Shown one piece after another: positions 33,062-43,388 of a stretch of DNA of 64,000 bases. The notes under the pieces are model-generated. The model was not told the origin of the DNA, ran no database searches, and saw nothing but the letters and a program-made list of their open reading frames with translations. The DNA lies in contig JBDIVW010000029.1 in assembly GCA_039794185.1 (NCBI GenBank), positions 4,596-68,595 of the forward strand, written 5' to 3'. How positions within the stretch are numbered: the stretch's first letter is position 1; every line of letters begins with the position of its first letter. This stretch comes from Nitrospiraceae bacterium (GTDB taxonomy: Bacteria > Nitrospirota > Nitrospiria > Nitrospirales > Nitrospiraceae). Both the position numbers and the translations under genes were made by a program.

Positions 33062-33697
33062 ATGGACCCGCTCGAATTCGCCCTGTTCTCATTTGGCACG
33101 CTCTTCGTCATCGTCGATCCCGTGGCGGCGGTGCCGGCCTTCATCGCGATGACCGCCCAGAGCCGGGTCCAGGATCGCATCCGGACGGCCAAACTGGCGT
33201 CGGTCGTCACCGCCGGATTGCTCGCGGTGTTTTCCCTGGTCGGACAACAATTCTTTCGCCTGATCGGCGTCAGCCTGCCGGCGCTCCAAGTCGCGGGGGG
33301 CCTCTTGTTGTTGCTCGTCGCCTTGGATATGGTGCGCGCCCAGCGGTCGCCTGTTCAAGAAACCGCGGAGGAAACGGCGGCGGGCGCCGGGAAACACGAC
33401 GTCGCGATTACCCCGCTCGCGATTCCGATGATGGCGGGTCCGGCGGCGATTTCCAGTGTCATCTTGCTCGGGGCACAAGCCCGCGGCTGGATTCAACACG
33501 CCATTCTCCTCGCGTGCGTGACGGCCGTGGGCGTCGCCGCCTACGCCATCCTTGCGCTCGCCGCCCGAGGCACCCAATGGCTCAGCCCGATCGCCGAGAA
33601 GATTCTGGCCCGCCTGATGGGTCTGCTCCTGGCCGCGCTCGCCGTGCAATTCATTTTCAACGCGTTCAAAGAGGTCGGCCTCCTCGGCCGCGTCTGA
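33062..33697 (+). CDS. MarC-family integral membrane protein
   Basis: FGTLFVIVDPVAAVPAFIAMT... with multiple TM segments. Start at internal ATG 33062 of ORF 32774..33697. Confidence 0.8.
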   Translation: MDPLEFALFSFGTLFVIVDPVAAVPAFIAMTAQSRVQDRIRTAKLASVVTAGLLAVFSLVGQQFFRLIGVSLPALQVAGGLLLLLVALDMVRAQRSPVQETAEETAAGAGKHDVAITPLAIPMMAGPAAISSVILLGAQARGWIQHAILLACVTAVGVAAYAILALAARGTQWLSPIAEKILARLMGLLLAALAVQFIFNAFKEVGLLGRV

Positions 33698-33748
33698 CGC
33701 ATCGCGAGCGGGCGCCTCGACCCGTCTGGGCATCGGGTGAGGGAGACG

Positions 33749-33757
33749 TGCTAATAT
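33749..33757 (+). promoter_or_regulatory. candidate extended -10 promoter (TGcTAATAT)
   Basis: TG at 33749..33750 and TAATAT at 33752..33757. About 30 nt upstream of ATG 33788, which has an AGAGGAGGA RBS. Confidence 0.35.
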
Positions 33758-33787
33758 AGGGCTTATTCACACTCAGAGGAGGACACG

Positions 33788-34354
33788 ATGAAACGAGCAT
33801 TCATGCAAGGGATCATGGCGGGACTGTTCGTGGCGGCACTCGGCGTGCCCGGCGTCTGGGCCGATCCGGATTCGAAGGAATACGGGCACGGGAAAGCAGG
33901 CTCCGCGCACGGGGGCGGCTACGGCGGCGGCCACAAGATGGGCATGATGCATGGAGGAGCCAGCCATTTCATCAACCATCTGCTGAAACATGAGAAAGAA
34001 ATCGGGCTGTCGGCCGATCAGGTTGCCAAATTGAAGGGCCTGCAGTTGGAACTCGACAAGACCCGCATCAAGGCGGAGGCCGACGTGCAGGTGGCCGAGC
34101 GTGAGTTGCGCGCGCTCGTCGACGATGAGCAGACGGATCTCTCCGCCATTGAGGGGAAATTGAAGCAGAGCGCCGACATGCAGACCGCCCTGCGCCTCGC
34201 CGCGATCAAGACGCGGCGCGACGCGTTGGCCGTCCTCACGCCCGAACAGCGCACCAAGGAAAAAGCCGAACACGACCGCGCCATGCAGGAACATCGCAGC
34301 AAGAGCCAGGGACAGGGCCACGGTGATCCTCACTCGGGCGGGATGAAGCGCTAA
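33788..34354 (+). CDS. periplasmic Spy/CpxP/ZraP-like (LTxxQ) protein with His/Gly-rich termini
   Basis: Signal peptide, GHGKAGSAHGGGYGGGHKMGMMHGG, helical LSADQVAKLKGL...LTPEQRTKEK, C-terminal HGDPHSGG. Confidence 0.65.
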   Translation: MKRAFMQGIMAGLFVAALGVPGVWADPDSKEYGHGKAGSAHGGGYGGGHKMGMMHGGASHFINHLLKHEKEIGLSADQVAKLKGLQLELDKTRIKAEADVQVAERELRALVDDEQTDLSAIEGKLKQSADMQTALRLAAIKTRRDALAVLTPEQRTKEKAEHDRAMQEHRSKSQGQGHGDPHSGGMKR

Positions 34355-34377
34355 CCATTTCACGCGGGAGGTGAACG

Positions 34378-34746
34378 ATGAACACCAGAAGTGTCAGAGC
34401 AACGGGATGGCTCACGGCGATCTGCGTCGGGGCGCTCCTGGCCGCCGCGCCGGCGGCGTGGAGTGACGACAAGGGCAAGGGAAAAGGCAAGAAGGAGGGG
34501 CACGTCGCGGAGCTGGTGAAGGACGCCAAGGTGACGATCGAGCAAGCGATCAAGACCGCCACCGAGAAGGTCTCAGGGACCGTCGTCGAAGCCGAACTCG
34601 AGAAGAAACACGGCAAAACCGTCTGGGAAGTCGAAGTGGTCGAGAGCGACGGATCCGTGACCGAAGTGCACATCGACGCCGGCGACGGATCGGTCATCGA
34701 CACCGAAAAGAAGGGCGGAAAGAAGGAAGGCAAAATGAAGGACTAG
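34378..34746 (+). CDS. secreted PepSY-domain protein
   Basis: Signal peptide, Lys/Gly-rich linker, then ITIEQAIKTATEKVSGTVVEAELEKKHGKTVWEVEVVESDGSVTEVHIDAGDGSV. Confidence 0.7.
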   Translation: MNTRSVRATGWLTAICVGALLAAAPAAWSDDKGKGKGKKEGHVAELVKDAKVTIEQAIKTATEKVSGTVVEAELEKKHGKTVWEVEVVESDGSVTEVHIDAGDGSVIDTEKKGGKKEGKMKD

Positions 34747-34971
34747 CGGAGGACGCGGCGCCGCGTGGCGATCGTGGTCGCCATCGAACGCATCGCCGCA
34801 CGGATCGTTTCGTTCGGGCGTCGTCCGACCCCTCACCGCAACCGGGCGCGCGTCGCGGTCCCCGCGGCGGGCGCCCCCGTGTATGGGCGACTGTGTATGG
34901 TCTGAGAGGGCGATCCCTCCCCGTGTTCGTAACATCGCACCACGACGTGCGACGAATCCAGAGGAGCCAGC

Positions 34972-36645
34972 ATGCAGAAACCGATCGCGTTGAAGAGTCG
35001 TGACCTACTCGCAGGCCCGGACCGCGCTCCAGCCCGCGCCATGCTCAAAGCCGTAGGCTTTACGGACGAGGACTTGTCGAAGCCGATCGTCGGCGTCGCC
35101 AATACCTGGATCGAGGTGATGCCGTGCAACTACCACCTTCGGCGCCTGTCCGAGCGTGTCAAGGCCGGCATTCGCGCGGCCGGCGGCACGCCGATTGAGT
35201 ACAACACCATCGCCGTGTCGGACGGCATTTCGATGGGAACGGAAGGCATGAAGGCGTCCCTGATCAGCCGGGAGGTGATTGCCGATTCGATCGAGTTGGT
35301 CGCCCGCGGCCACCTGTTCGACGCAGTGGTGGCGCTGTCGGGATGCGACAAAACGATTCCGGGAACGGTGATGGCGCTGGCCCGGCTCAACCGCCCCTCA
35401 CTCATGTTGTACGGCGGCTCCATCATGCCCGGCACGTTCCAAGGTCACGACGTGAGCATCCAGGACGTGTTCGAAGCCGTCGGCAAACACGCGACCGGCA
35501 AGATGAGCGACACCGAGCTGAAGGATCTCGAAGATCATGCCTGTCCCGGTCCCGGCGCCTGCGGCGGGCAGTTCACGGCCAACACGATGGCGATCGCGTT
35601 CGAATTCCTGGGCATCTCGCCCATGGGACGCAACGGCGTGCCCGCCATGGACGCGCTGAAGGACGATGTGGCGTTCGACTGCGGCAAACTCGTGATGGAG
35701 TTGATCCGGAAGGATCTTCGGCCGCGAAAGATCATCACCCGCAAATCGCTCGAGAACGCGATCGCGGCCGTGGCCACGACGGGCGGGTCCACCAACGCCG
35801 TTCTGCATCTCCTGGCCATCGCGCGGGAGGCGGGCGTGCGCTTGACGATTGAGGACTTCGACCGGATCAACCGGAAGGTACCGTTGCTGGCCGATCTGAA
35901 GCCGGGGGGGCGGTATCTGGCCGCGGACCTCTATGCGGCCGGTGGAACCACGCTGGTCGCCGAACGGCTCTTGGACGCGGGACTGCTGCACGCCGATCAG
36001 CCGACCGTCACCGGGCGCACCATCGGGGAGGAGGCGCGAGCCGGGACGGAAACGCCGGGACAGGCCGTGGTCCGGCCGCTGTCGAATCCGATCAAACCGA
36101 CGGGTGGGCTCGTGATTCTGAAGGGCAACTTGGCGCCGGAGGGCTGCGTGGTGAAGGTGGCGGGACATTCGATGGCCATGTTTCGGGGACCGGCCAAGGT
36201 GTTCAACCGCGAAGAGGATGCCTTCGCCGCCGTCAAGGCTGGTCAGATCAAACCCGGGGACATCGTGGTCATTCGCTACGAAGGGCCGTCGGGCGGCCCC
36301 GGAATGCGGGAGATGCTCGGCGTGACCGCCGCCATCGTGGGCGCCGGCCTCGGCGATCAGGTCGCGCTCTTGACCGACGGGCGATTCTCCGGCGCGACGC
36401 ACGGACTGATGGCCGGACACGTGGCTCCCGAAGCCGTCAGAGGCGGTCCCATCGCCGCGGTCAAGAACGGGGACATCATCGTCTTCGACATCAAGGCACG
36501 GACGTTGTCGATGGAGGTCAGCAAGAAAGAGATCGCGGCAAGGTTGAAGAAAGTGAAGCACCCCCACCCCGTCTACACGTCCGGGGTGATGGGAAAATAC
36601 GCGCGCCACGTGTCGTCGGCGTCCGAGGGCGCGGTCACGACGTAG
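34972..36645 (+). CDS. ilvD: dihydroxy-acid dehydratase
   Basis: Full-length IlvD/Edd-family sequence (PIVGVANTW...CDKTIPG...[14 protein letters not shown]...[11 protein letters not shown]). Confidence 0.97.
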   Translation: MQKPIALKSRDLLAGPDRAPARAMLKAVGFTDEDLSKPIVGVANTWIEVMPCNYHLRRLSERVKAGIRAAGGTPIEYNTIAVSDGISMGTEGMKASLISREVIADSIELVARGHLFDAVVALSGCDKTIPGTVMALARLNRPSLMLYGGSIMPGTFQGHDVSIQDVFEAVGKHATGKMSDTELKDLEDHACPGPGACGGQFTANTMAIAFEFLGISPMGRNGVPAMDALKDDVAFDCGKLVMELIRKDLRPRKIITRKSLENAIAAVATTGGSTNAVLHLLAIAREAGVRLTIEDFDRINRKVPLLADLKPGGRYLAADLYAAGGTTLVAERLLDAGLLHADQPTVTGRTIGEEARAGTETPGQAVVRPLSNPIKPTGGLVILKGNLAPEGCVVKVAGHSMAMFRGPAKVFNREEDAFAAVKAGQIKPGDIVVIRYEGPSGGPGMREMLGVTAAIVGAGLGDQVALLTDGRFSGATHGLMAGHVAPEAVRGGPIAAVKNGDIIVFDIKARTLSMEVSKKEIAARLKKVKHPHPVYTSGVMGKYARHVSSASEGAVTT

Positions 36646-36692
36646 CCGCAGGTCTCGCGGCGGTTCGCGGCCTGCACGCAGATACGCCGGGG

Positions 36693-36715
36693 CGGGGCGA
36701 GAGCCCCTCGCCCCG
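36693..36715. terminator. GC-rich hairpin (9-bp stem, 5-nt loop) between convergent ilvD and a TPR gene
   Basis: cGGGGCGAG-agccc-CTCGCCCCg read directly. No flanking U/A tract, so rho-independent function is uncertain. Confidence 0.4.
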
Positions 36716-36726
36716 ACATCGACGAC

Positions 36727-37962
36727 TTACTCGAGCTCGACCGTTCGCTCCCGAGTTCCTCCCGCCAACTGGCTCAGGATCACCTTGGCCCTTTCCTCGA
36801 GTCGCTCGGCCTCATCCGGCTTTTGCCGTCGCTTGAGCAGCGACGCGTACCCCTTGAGCGCTTTCGCATGACCAGCCTGGTACTGTCCTTTGGTCGTCTC
36901 GTAAATCTGGATCGCCCGCTGGTACTGCTCCTGCGCCTCGGACAAGCGCCCATCGGCCTGGCAGACCCCGGCGAGGCTGGTGAGCGTCCGCGCCACTTGC
37001 GGATGACGCGGGCCGAGCACCCGCTCCCGAATGTCCAAGGCCTGACGATGGTACAGCTCCGATTTCGAGTAGAGCCCTTGGAGTTCGTACACACGAGCCA
37101 GATTGCTCAGGCTGGCGGCCACGGAGGGATCCTGCGTGCCTTTCTGCCGCTCCACGATCTCCAACACGCGCTGATGCACCGATTCCGCGGCTTCGTACAA
37201 GCCTTCGGTGGTCAGCACCATACCGAGAAGGTTCAAGGTCGCGGCCACCGCGAGATGGTCCGGGCCCAGCACTTTCTCCCGGATGGCCAGCGCCCGCTGC
37301 AATATGGGCCGGGCCTGGTCGTAGGCGCCGAGCGCCACGTGCGTCTCCCCGATGAGATGCAGCAACGCGGCCACTCTGCTGTGCCCGTTTCCCAAGGTCT
37401 GCTCCAACACGGGCAACGCCCGGAGATACATGGCGCGCGCCTGGTCGGTCCGACCGACTTCGCGATACAGATCGCCCAGTTGCACGAGCGTATTCGCGGT
37501 GTCGGGATTGCCAGGCCCGAGCGCCTCGGTTCGAATCGTCAAGACGCGCTTCAACAGCACTTCGGCCTTCGAGTAGCGCCGTTGCGCCTGGTGTACGTTG
37601 GCAAGATGGGTCAGGCTGCTCGCGGTATCCGGATGAACCGGACCAACCGTCTTTTCCCGAATGTCCAACGCCTGTTGGCATAATTGCTGGGCTTCCTCGT
37701 AGCGGCCTTGCACGTACGCCACATGGCACAAGCGGTCGACACTGGCGGCCATATAGGGGCCGTCCTGGTCCGGCTCGAGACGTTGCGCCCGCTGCTGGGC
37801 TTTGAAGAACAGCTGCTGAGCCTCGTCGTAGCGCCCGGCCTTGAGGGCCTGGTCGCCCCCTGCCAGCGTGTCCCGCCATTGGACCTCTTGAGCGCAGCCC
37901 GCCATGAACAGGCACAGCAGGATTCCGAAACTCGTGAACGGTCGCCGTCGGCGCATGCGCAT
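36727..37962 (-). CDS. TPR-repeat lipoprotein
   Basis: MRMRRRRPFTSFGILLCLFMAGC lipobox, then about 8 TPR units (...YEEAQQLCQQALDIREK...). AAGGAG RBS before ATG 37962. Confidence 0.8.
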   Translation of the reverse strand: MRMRRRRPFTSFGILLCLFMAGCAQEVQWRDTLAGGDQALKAGRYDEAQQLFFKAQQRAQRLEPDQDGPYMAASVDRLCHVAYVQGRYEEAQQLCQQALDIREKTVGPVHPDTASSLTHLANVHQAQRRYSKAEVLLKRVLTIRTEALGPGNPDTANTLVQLGDLYREVGRTDQARAMYLRALPVLEQTLGNGHSRVAALLHLIGETHVALGAYDQARPILQRALAIREKVLGPDHLAVAATLNLLGMVLTTEGLYEAAESVHQRVLEIVERQKGTQDPSVAASLSNLARVYELQGLYSKSELYHRQALDIRERVLGPRHPQVARTLTSLAGVCQADGRLSEAQEQYQRAIQIYETTKGQYQAGHAKALKGYASLLKRRQKPDEAERLEERAKVILSQLAGGTRERTVELE

Positions 37963-38154
37963 CTCCTTCTCCCTTGTCTTGATCAATGCTATGGAGGGTG
38001 CCACGCAGAGATACACCGTGGTGGCAGAGGAGCGCAACCCTGGAGTTTTCCTTACGTCACGATCCGGCGGACCTGATCGTGATGGATCGTCTGGCGCGGC
38101 ATGCCACAGGGGCGATCGCGCCGCATTCCGGTGGGACGGACGGATGGGCGCCGG

Positions 38155-38414
38155 TTACGGGGACGGCGGGGTCAGGGCGCCGAGGAGGTGGGAGAGGGCC
38201 TCTTCACTTGAACCGGATCGAATGCCGGTCTTGATATCCTCAAGCAGACGCTCGGCTTCCGGACCAAGTCTGCGGATCGCCTGCTGGAGTCTCCCTCCTG
38301 AAGTTCCCGTTGGAGCCGTGCGTCGCTCAATCGGCCGCTCCGGATGGATTGCTGCAACAGCTCGGCCAAGGCCCGGATCTTGGGTCGCACATCCGCAGGC
38401 AGCGCATCGAGCAC
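38155..38414 (-). pseudogene. possible small helical-repeat protein gene split across two reading frames (-1 shift near 38290..38300)
   Basis: Frame A (38414 downward) gives VLDALPADVRPKIRALAELLQQSIRSGRLSDARLQRELQEG. Frame B continues RLQQAIRRLGPEAERLLEDIKTGIRSGSSEEALSHLLGALTPPSP*. Each frame looks non-protein-like outside its half, and both halves share an LL..I..(G)IRSG motif. Confidence 0.25.
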
Positions 38415-38514
38415 CTCGGCTTGGACGACCGCCGGCGGCTCCGCGCCGGCCGCCGGTATGTCGGTTCCGCCGATCGCCCAGAGGAACAGACCTGCGCATC
38501 CAATCTACCCTTGC

Positions 38515-39552
38515 TTAAGCACGTTCGTCCCGCTCCTGCGACCAGGGGGAGTCCGGATCGACGGGGCGGGCCTGTTGCGCGGGGAAGCAGCGGTCCAGAC
38601 AATCCGGACACAGACCCCCGTTGAACACGACACCCGCATGCTGGGTCAAATAAGCATCCAAGTCGGACCACTCTCCATCCGCCTCGGGCACCCGCTTGCA
38701 CCAGGCACAGAGGGTAATGACGCCTTGGAGCGAGAGACCCCCCTGGAGTTCTTCGGCCAGCGGAGTGGGATCGCTCGGCGTCGGGAGCGTCGCCGCGGAC
38801 GAAGCCGGTTCGTGCAACGCCAGCACCGCCCCGAGGATGGCCCCGCTTTCACTCGCTACGGGAGCGGCGGTCCCGCCGACCCGGCGCTCCGTCCCGTCTC
38901 GGCCGATCAGGATCACCTCCTCCAAGGTGACGACGCGTCCCTCGGCCATGGCCCGGAAGGCGGGGTTCTGAGCCTCTTCGACATCGAAGCCGGGCCGTCC
39001 GATCAGGAGAGCCGTGAGACCGGCGCCCACCGCCTCGACTTGGCTCCACCCCGTCATCCGTTCCGCGGCGGGGTTCAGGTACGTGACCGTCCCCGCGCGA
39101 TTGGTCGTGATGATGGCCTCGTTCACGCAACACACCATCGTCACCAGCCAGCGCACGCTCTCCCGCAGTTGGCGATCTTCCCGGGCCCGGGACAACGCGA
39201 GTTGCACGGTCCGCTGCAGCTCGGCCGGCTGGAACGGTTTGAGGACATAGCCCATCGGAGCGGTGCTCTTCGCCCGCTGCACCGTCTGTTGATCGGCGTA
39301 CGCCGTGAGGTACACGACCGGGACGCTCAGTTGTCGCTGCAGATACTCGGCCGTCTCGATGCCGTCCAGCGCCCCCTTCAGGACGATATCCATCAAGACC
39401 AGGTCGGGTTCGCACTCTTTCGCCCGCCGAATGGCTTCTTCGCCCGAGGACGCCGTCGCCGGCACATGATAGCCCAATCGTTCCAAACTGAGCTGGACGT
39501 CTCGCGCCACGATCGGTTCATCCTCCACCACCATGATTGTGGTCCGTTGCAT
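38515..39552 (-). CDS. response regulator: REC + PAS + C-terminal Cys4 (CxxC...CxxC) module
   Basis: IMVVEDEPIVA...LVLMDIVL...YVLKPF (REC). NEAIITTNRAGTVTYLNPAAERMTGW (PAS). C-terminal LCAWCKRVPEADGEWSDLDAYLTQHAGVVFNGGLCPDCLDRC. Confidence 0.85.
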   Translation of the reverse strand: MQRTTIMVVEDEPIVARDVQLSLERLGYHVPATASSGEEAIRRAKECEPDLVLMDIVLKGALDGIETAEYLQRQLSVPVVYLTAYADQQTVQRAKSTAPMGYVLKPFQPAELQRTVQLALSRAREDRQLRESVRWLVTMVCCVNEAIITTNRAGTVTYLNPAAERMTGWSQVEAVGAGLTALLIGRPGFDVEEAQNPAFRAMAEGRVVTLEEVILIGRDGTERRVGGTAAPVASESGAILGAVLALHEPASSAATLPTPSDPTPLAEELQGGLSLQGVITLCAWCKRVPEADGEWSDLDAYLTQHAGVVFNGGLCPDCLDRCFPAQQARPVDPDSPWSQERDERA

Positions 39553-39555
39553 AGG

Positions 39556-41373
39556 TCACATCCTTTCCTTGTATGAGGCCGGAGAAAACGTGATCTGCCA
39601 TTTCGTTCCCCGACCGCTTTCCAGCACGACCCGGCCGTCGAGCTTTTCGACCAGGAGCGCGACGAGGTCGAGGCCCAGCGAATCGGGGTTGCGCAAGCGG
39701 CCGTCCTGCGGCATGCCGTCTCCATTGTCGTCGACGGTCAAGCGATAGGTGCCGTCCCCGTTGGCGCGCAGATCCAGCCGCACTTCGCCCTCCTTGGTGC
39801 GGCAGAACGCATGTTTGAAGCAGTTGGAGAGGAGCTCGTCGATGATCAGCCCGCAGGTGAGCCCGGTATCCAGGTCGAACTCGATCGGGTCGACCGACAG
39901 CACGCATCGAATCTGCTGCTGATTCACCCCGAACGCCCGCAGGAGATGGCCCGTCAACGTCCGGACATAATCGTCCATCTGAATGCTGGACAAGTTGCGT
40001 GAGCGATGCAGCGTATCGTGCAACAAGGCGATCGAAGTGATGCGGATTTGGCATTCGTTGAACAGCTGCCCGACCAGCGGGTCCTTGATGGAGGCGGACT
40101 GCAAATTGAGCAAACTGGAAATGAGCTGGAGATTGTTCTTCACCCGATGGTGCACCTCGCGGAGAAGGCTTTCTTTGTCCTTGAGGGCCTTCCGGAGTTG
40201 ATCCTCGATCTCCTTCCGCTCGGTCAGGTCCAAGGCCGATCCGATGAATCCCACCAGGGCGCCGTCACGATCCAGGCGGGGCACACCCGTGTTCACCACC
40301 CAGCGGTACTGCCCGTCCGCACGGCGCAGCCGATATTCCATGCTGAACGGTTGGCCGCTGTTTATCGCGCCCCGGAAGGTATCGAGGCAGCGGGAGCGAT
40401 CGTGCTCGTGCAGGGCCTCGAGCCATCCTCGGCCCAATTCCTCCGCAAGCGAACGACCGGTGAACTCGAGCCACTGTTTATTCACGAAGGTCAACCGGCC
40501 GTCCGCCGCAGCCGTCCAGACCATCACCGGCGCCGTGTCGGCCATCATGTGGAACCGCGCCTCGCTTTCACGCAGCGCCGACTCGATGCGCTTGCGCTCC
40601 GTGATGTCCCGGGCGATCGTGGACGCCCCGATCACGCGGCCGTCGTGGTCCTTGACCGGCGACAACGTCAGCGACAGATCGATCCGCCGCCCATCCTTTC
40701 TGATCCCCATCGTTTCGATGTTCCGGACGTGCCCCCCGCCGGCGATCCGCGCGAGCATCTCCGGCACGTCGCCCGGCCGATCGGACAAGAGCAGCCGGGA
40801 AATCGGCTGGCCGACCACCTCCCCCGCGGGATAGCCGAAGACTGTTTCGGCTCCGTCGTTCCAGCTCATGATGATGCCGTCGAGCGACTTGCCGATGATC
40901 GCGTCGTCCGAGGACATGACGATGGCCGCCAGTTTGGCGAGCGCGACTTCGTGGCAGGCCTCGAGCTTGTCCCGCGCCAGGGCCAATTCCTGCGTGCGTT
41001 CGGCGACCTGCCGCTCGATTCGGTCGTTGACGCGTCGCAGTTCGGACTCGTAGTGATTGCGGCGCAAGCACAGGACAGCCGTCGCCCAAATCACGGTCAG
41101 CGCCACCATCCGGTTGACGATCGCCATCCACCAAAGATCGTCCGAGCCGACGAACGCCAGCTTGGCCACGGTGAGCGCCGACACACCCGCGGCAATCCAC
41201 CAGGGCGCGGCCGGATGAGTCAGCCATAGCGAGATCAGCACGGGAACGACGTAAAGAATCGCGACGGAGAATCCAGGCGGCGTGGTGACATCGAGTGTGA
41301 ACACGATCGCCACCAGGAGGAGGATCGTGCTGAGAACGGCCAGATGGGAGGAGGCGATCTTCATGACGCTCAC
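39556..41373 (-). CDS. membrane sensor histidine kinase (TM region, 2 PAS, HisKA_2-type H-box, HATPase)
   Basis: N-terminal hydrophobic helices, two PAS-like regions, H-box EVHHRVKNNLQLISSLLNLQ, ATPase N/G boxes (ELLSNCFKHAF, DNGDGMP, SLGLDLV). Ends 3 nt before the REC-PAS gene. Confidence 0.9.
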   Translation of the reverse strand: MSVMKIASSHLAVLSTILLLVAIVFTLDVTTPPGFSVAILYVVPVLISLWLTHPAAPWWIAAGVSALTVAKLAFVGSDDLWWMAIVNRMVALTVIWATAVLCLRRNHYESELRRVNDRIERQVAERTQELALARDKLEACHEVALAKLAAIVMSSDDAIIGKSLDGIIMSWNDGAETVFGYPAGEVVGQPISRLLLSDRPGDVPEMLARIAGGGHVRNIETMGIRKDGRRIDLSLTLSPVKDHDGRVIGASTIARDITERKRIESALRESEARFHMMADTAPVMVWTAAADGRLTFVNKQWLEFTGRSLAEELGRGWLEALHEHDRSRCLDTFRGAINSGQPFSMEYRLRRADGQYRWVVNTGVPRLDRDGALVGFIGSALDLTERKEIEDQLRKALKDKESLLREVHHRVKNNLQLISSLLNLQSASIKDPLVGQLFNECQIRITSIALLHDTLHRSRNLSSIQMDDYVRTLTGHLLRAFGVNQQQIRCVLSVDPIEFDLDTGLTCGLIIDELLSNCFKHAFCRTKEGEVRLDLRANGDGTYRLTVDDNGDGMPQDGRLRNPDSLGLDLVALLVEKLDGRVVLESGRGTKWQITFSPASYKERM

Positions 41374-41653
41374 CGTGGCCAGGTGAAGAGCAAGGGATGT
41401 GCCCTTGCCGTCCAGATACGATTCGCCTGTAAGGCCAAGCTAGGGACGAGCCGTGGATTTCCGCAAAGAAATTGCGAATTTTGGCCCGGTTCACAACCGG
41501 ACGATCAAGGCGCGTGCCCGGCAGGCCGCCGCCTGGCTGGCCTGTTCGCCCATACGTTCGAGGGGCTCACCTGCTGCCCTCGAATCCGTACAGTCCGTTC
41601 GCAACGGTGCATGAGCCGAGTGGCGGAGGCGAGCAACAGGGGTGGACCGCGGG

Positions 41654-42418
41654 TTACTGAAAATCGCGCTGCTGGAAGATCACACTGGCGAGAAGGAGCA
41701 GGAGGCCGGCATACGCCAACCCATACGTGAGGGTCAGGCCCACGTCCGCCGCGGGGAACGGAACGTGATGGATGACGTGGCCTTTCAAGTTGAATCGTTC
41801 GAGGTTCGGCAGCACGTAATACAACGCGTTCAGAAACGCCTGCCCGGCCTCACCCATGAATTTCTTGGCGAACAGCTTGAGGTCGGCGGAGAGGTGCCCG
41901 ATGACGTAAATGGCCAGGGTGAAGATGGCGCTGAGCGTCGCGCTGCTGAATGTCGAAAAGAGGAGCGCCACCGCGGTCACGACCAGACACTCCAGGTAGA
42001 TGAAACCCACGGCTTTGAACAGGATGCCTTCGACCGGCACCTTCATGATCCGGAGGACGATGAGAAACCCGGCGACCATCACGCAGGTATTCACCCAAAG
42101 GGTGATGGCCAGACCGGCGAACTTGCCGGTCAGAAACTCGTACCGCGGCACCGGCTTCGAGACGATCGTGTAGATCGTCTTCTTCTCGATTTCCTTGCTG
42201 ACCAGGCCGATCCCCACGAAGATCGCGATGAGCACGCTGAAGATATTGATGCTGCCCAATCCGATATCGAGAATGAGCCGCTCGTAATCGCCCAGCGTCA
42301 GGCGCGAGACGATGATCGAGCTTCCGATCAGGAGCAGCGCGAAGATCACCAGGTTGTACAGGAGTTTTTCCCGCAGATTCTCCCGGAAGGTGTTGATCGC
42401 GATCGAGAGGATCTTCAT
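41654..42418 (-). CDS. ABC-2-type transporter permease (PilI-like by position)
   Basis: [24 protein letters not shown]... with six predicted TM helices. The ATG overlaps the ATPase stop (TAATG). Confidence 0.8.
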   Translation of the reverse strand: MKILSIAINTFRENLREKLLYNLVIFALLLIGSSIIVSRLTLGDYERLILDIGLGSINIFSVLIAIFVGIGLVSKEIEKKTIYTIVSKPVPRYEFLTGKFAGLAITLWVNTCVMVAGFLIVLRIMKVPVEGILFKAVGFIYLECLVVTAVALLFSTFSSATLSAIFTLAIYVIGHLSADLKLFAKKFMGEAGQAFLNALYYVLPNLERFNLKGHVIHHVPFPAADVGLTLTYGLAYAGLLLLLASVIFQQRDFQ

Positions 42419-43386
42419 TAGGCAGCTCGCTCCATGGCCCGGTGGATCTTGACCTCTTCCATGAACAGATCCTCCAGCGAATGCTTCTGCGGGACAAGCG
42501 AGATCAGATTGGCCCGCGCGCCCCGAACGATTTCCAGCGCCTGGCCGACCTGATGCTGCCCGTTCAGTACCACGAGGGTTTGCGCTTCCTGCACCACCAC
42601 CCGCTCGGCCAGCGACCGGAGACGTTCGAGCCCCTCTCGCCCCAATCCCCCGACGATCATCTCGACCGACTTGGTGTCCCCTTGCCGGAGCAACTCGCTG
42701 ACACGCCCGCAGGCAACCAACTTGCCCTTCATGATGATGGCGACCCGGTCGCACAGCATCTCGGCATCGTGCAGGATGTGCGAGCTGAAGAAGATGGTCT
42801 TGCCGGACTCCTTCAGGCGCAGAATCAGGTCCCGCACCTCCTTGCGGCCGACCGGGTCCAGCCCGGACATGGGCTCGTCCAACACGACCAGCTCTGGATC
42901 GTTGACCAGCGCTTGGGCGATACCGACCCGTTGCAGCATGCCCTTGGAGAATTTCCGCAATTGGAGGTTCCGCGCGTGCGACATCCCGACCATCTCGAGC
43001 AATTCGTCGGCGCGCCGTTCGAGCGCACCGCCACCCAACCCGAACAGATGCCCGTAGAAACGCAGGAACTCGCCGCCCGTCAGGTAGTCGTAGAAGTAGG
43101 GCGATTCGGGAAGAAAGCCCAAGCGCCGGCGCGCGTCCAAATCACCGATCTCGCGGCCGAACAGCCAGGCCTTGCCGCTGGTAGGATAAATCAGGCCCAT
43201 CAACATTTTGAGCGTAGTCGTCTTCCCGGCTCCGTTCGGACCGAGAAAGCCGAACACCTCGCCGCGGCGGACCTCCAGGTCGAGGTGGTGCACGGCGGTC
43301 ACCCGGCGGCCCCAAAAGCCGATCTTGAAGGTCTTGCCGAGCCCTTCGACTTTCAGCACGATCTCGGAGGGATTCGCCTCGCCCAC
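42418..43386 (-). CDS. ABC transporter ATP-binding protein (PilH-like by position)
   Basis: Walker [10 protein letters not shown], signature [15 protein letters not shown], Walker [13 protein letters not shown]. Confidence 0.9.
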   Translation of the reverse strand: MGEANPSEIVLKVEGLGKTFKIGFWGRRVTAVHHLDLEVRRGEVFGFLGPNGAGKTTTLKMLMGLIYPTSGKAWLFGREIGDLDARRRLGFLPESPYFYDYLTGGEFLRFYGHLFGLGGGALERRADELLEMVGMSHARNLQLRKFSKGMLQRVGIAQALVNDPELVVLDEPMSGLDPVGRKEVRDLILRLKESGKTIFFSSHILHDAEMLCDRVAIIMKGKLVACGRVSELLRQGDTKSVEMIVGGLGREGLERLRSLAERVVVQEAQTLVVLNGQHQVGQALEIVRGARANLISLVPQKHSLEDLFMEEVKIHRAMERAA

Positions 43387-43388
43387 GC

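Noticed and set aside
40006-41229. 407-aa plus-strand ORF antisense to the HisKA_2 kinase
   Set aside because: Shadow ORF with Arg/Asp/His-rich composition. The kinase motifs are on the minus strand.
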